Shown here in pieces: positions 63,699-64,000 of a stretch of 64,000 bases of DNA; position 1 is the stretch's first letter, and each line of letters starts with the position of its first letter. Both the position numbers and the translations under genes were made by a program. Under the pieces are notes generated by a model, which made no database searches, was not told where the DNA came from, and saw only the letters and a list, made by a program, of their open reading frames with translations. Source of the DNA: Prolixibacteraceae bacterium (GTDB taxonomy: Bacteria; Bacteroidota; Bacteroidia; Bacteroidales; Prolixibacteraceae); NCBI GenBank assembly GCA_030602265.1, contig JAUWAB010000012.1, positions 5,923 to 69,922 of the forward strand, in the 5' to 3' direction.

Positions 63699-64000
63699 GT
63701 TCCTGCATTTTTTCAAGTTTACACTTTAATAGAAATTTCGCACGCGAGAGGTAGCTTTTTACCGTTCCCCCGGGCATCCCGGTGATCTCTTCAATCTCCC
63801 GGTATGAAAACTCTTCCAGATAATAGAGCGTTAAAACAGTACGATAATGCAAAGGTAATGTTTCAACCAGTTTAAGTAAATATTTCCTGACCTCTTCCGA
63901 CTCCACATTCCCATACTCCGTTGCTGGCAGGTCAGGGATTAACAGCGGATCAGTATAATTTCCCTGTACTTTCTGCTTTCCTGTAAGAGCGGTCAGCGAA
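63667..64000 (-). CDS. ECF (sigma-70 family) RNA polymerase sigma factor. The N-terminus lies outside the window.
   Basis: Region 4 reads LPLHYRTVLTLYYLEEFSYREIEEITGMPGGTVKSYLSRAK. I checked that the frame stays open upstream of the track GTG at 63906 all the way to position 64000. Confidence 0.85.
   Translation of the reverse strand, partial: SLTALTGKQKVQGNYTDPLLIPDLPATEYGNVESEEVRKYLLKLVETLPLHYRTVLTLYYLEEFSYREIEEITGMPGGTVKSYLSRAKFLLKCKLEKMQEHENAAIFRGY

Noticed and set aside
63667-63906. Treating the 79-aa ORF as a complete small gene.
   Set aside because: The frame remains open upstream to the window edge, and the product is only region 4 of an ECF sigma factor. It is the 3' part of a gene truncated by the window.

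Overview
This 64-kb chromosomal segment reads as Bacteroidota. The evidence is a hybrid two-component sensor with AraC output, a T9SS C-terminal sorting domain, a TonB receptor plus DUF4249 lipoprotein pair, and TAnnTTTG -7 boxes. I support about 58 protein-coding genes. Most are ordinary glycan-degradation, envelope and housekeeping functions: esterases, GH20, GH43, an S8 protease, serA, queG, and an Arn-like glycolipid-modification cluster. I saw no rRNA, tRNA, CRISPR array, transposase, integrase or phage block. Three things stand out. (1) 13773-21371 is a 13-gene single-strand locus headed by a 60-aa double-glycine bacteriocin precursor (cerein 7B/lactobin-like core). A stem-loop follows the precursor gene. 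Next come an AT-rich block of ABC ATPase, polytopic membrane protein and a tandem array of tiny 2-TM proteins, then a membrane-anchored CxxC thioredoxin and a C39-peptidase ABC exporter. (2) 22142-36584 is a tightly packed 11-gene minus-strand operon. It combines two giant exported paralogues with a beta-propeller/di-haem peroxidase fusion, a lipoprotein cupin isomerase, an FkbO/RidA-like protein, DhaK/DhaL, an LsrF-like aldolase and an IclR regulator. Each giant paralogue has a beta-propeller-like region, two CxxCH haem motifs and a Cys-less FGE/SUMF1-like C-terminus. I cannot map this operon to a described pathway. (3) Three copies of a mosaic intergenic element are built almost entirely of different 7-nt tandem repeats, plus a hairpin that shows compensatory changes between copies. 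Two of the copies flank the TonB-receptor cassette in inverted orientation. All family assignments rest on motifs I read in the translations and on memory of the families. No searches were run.
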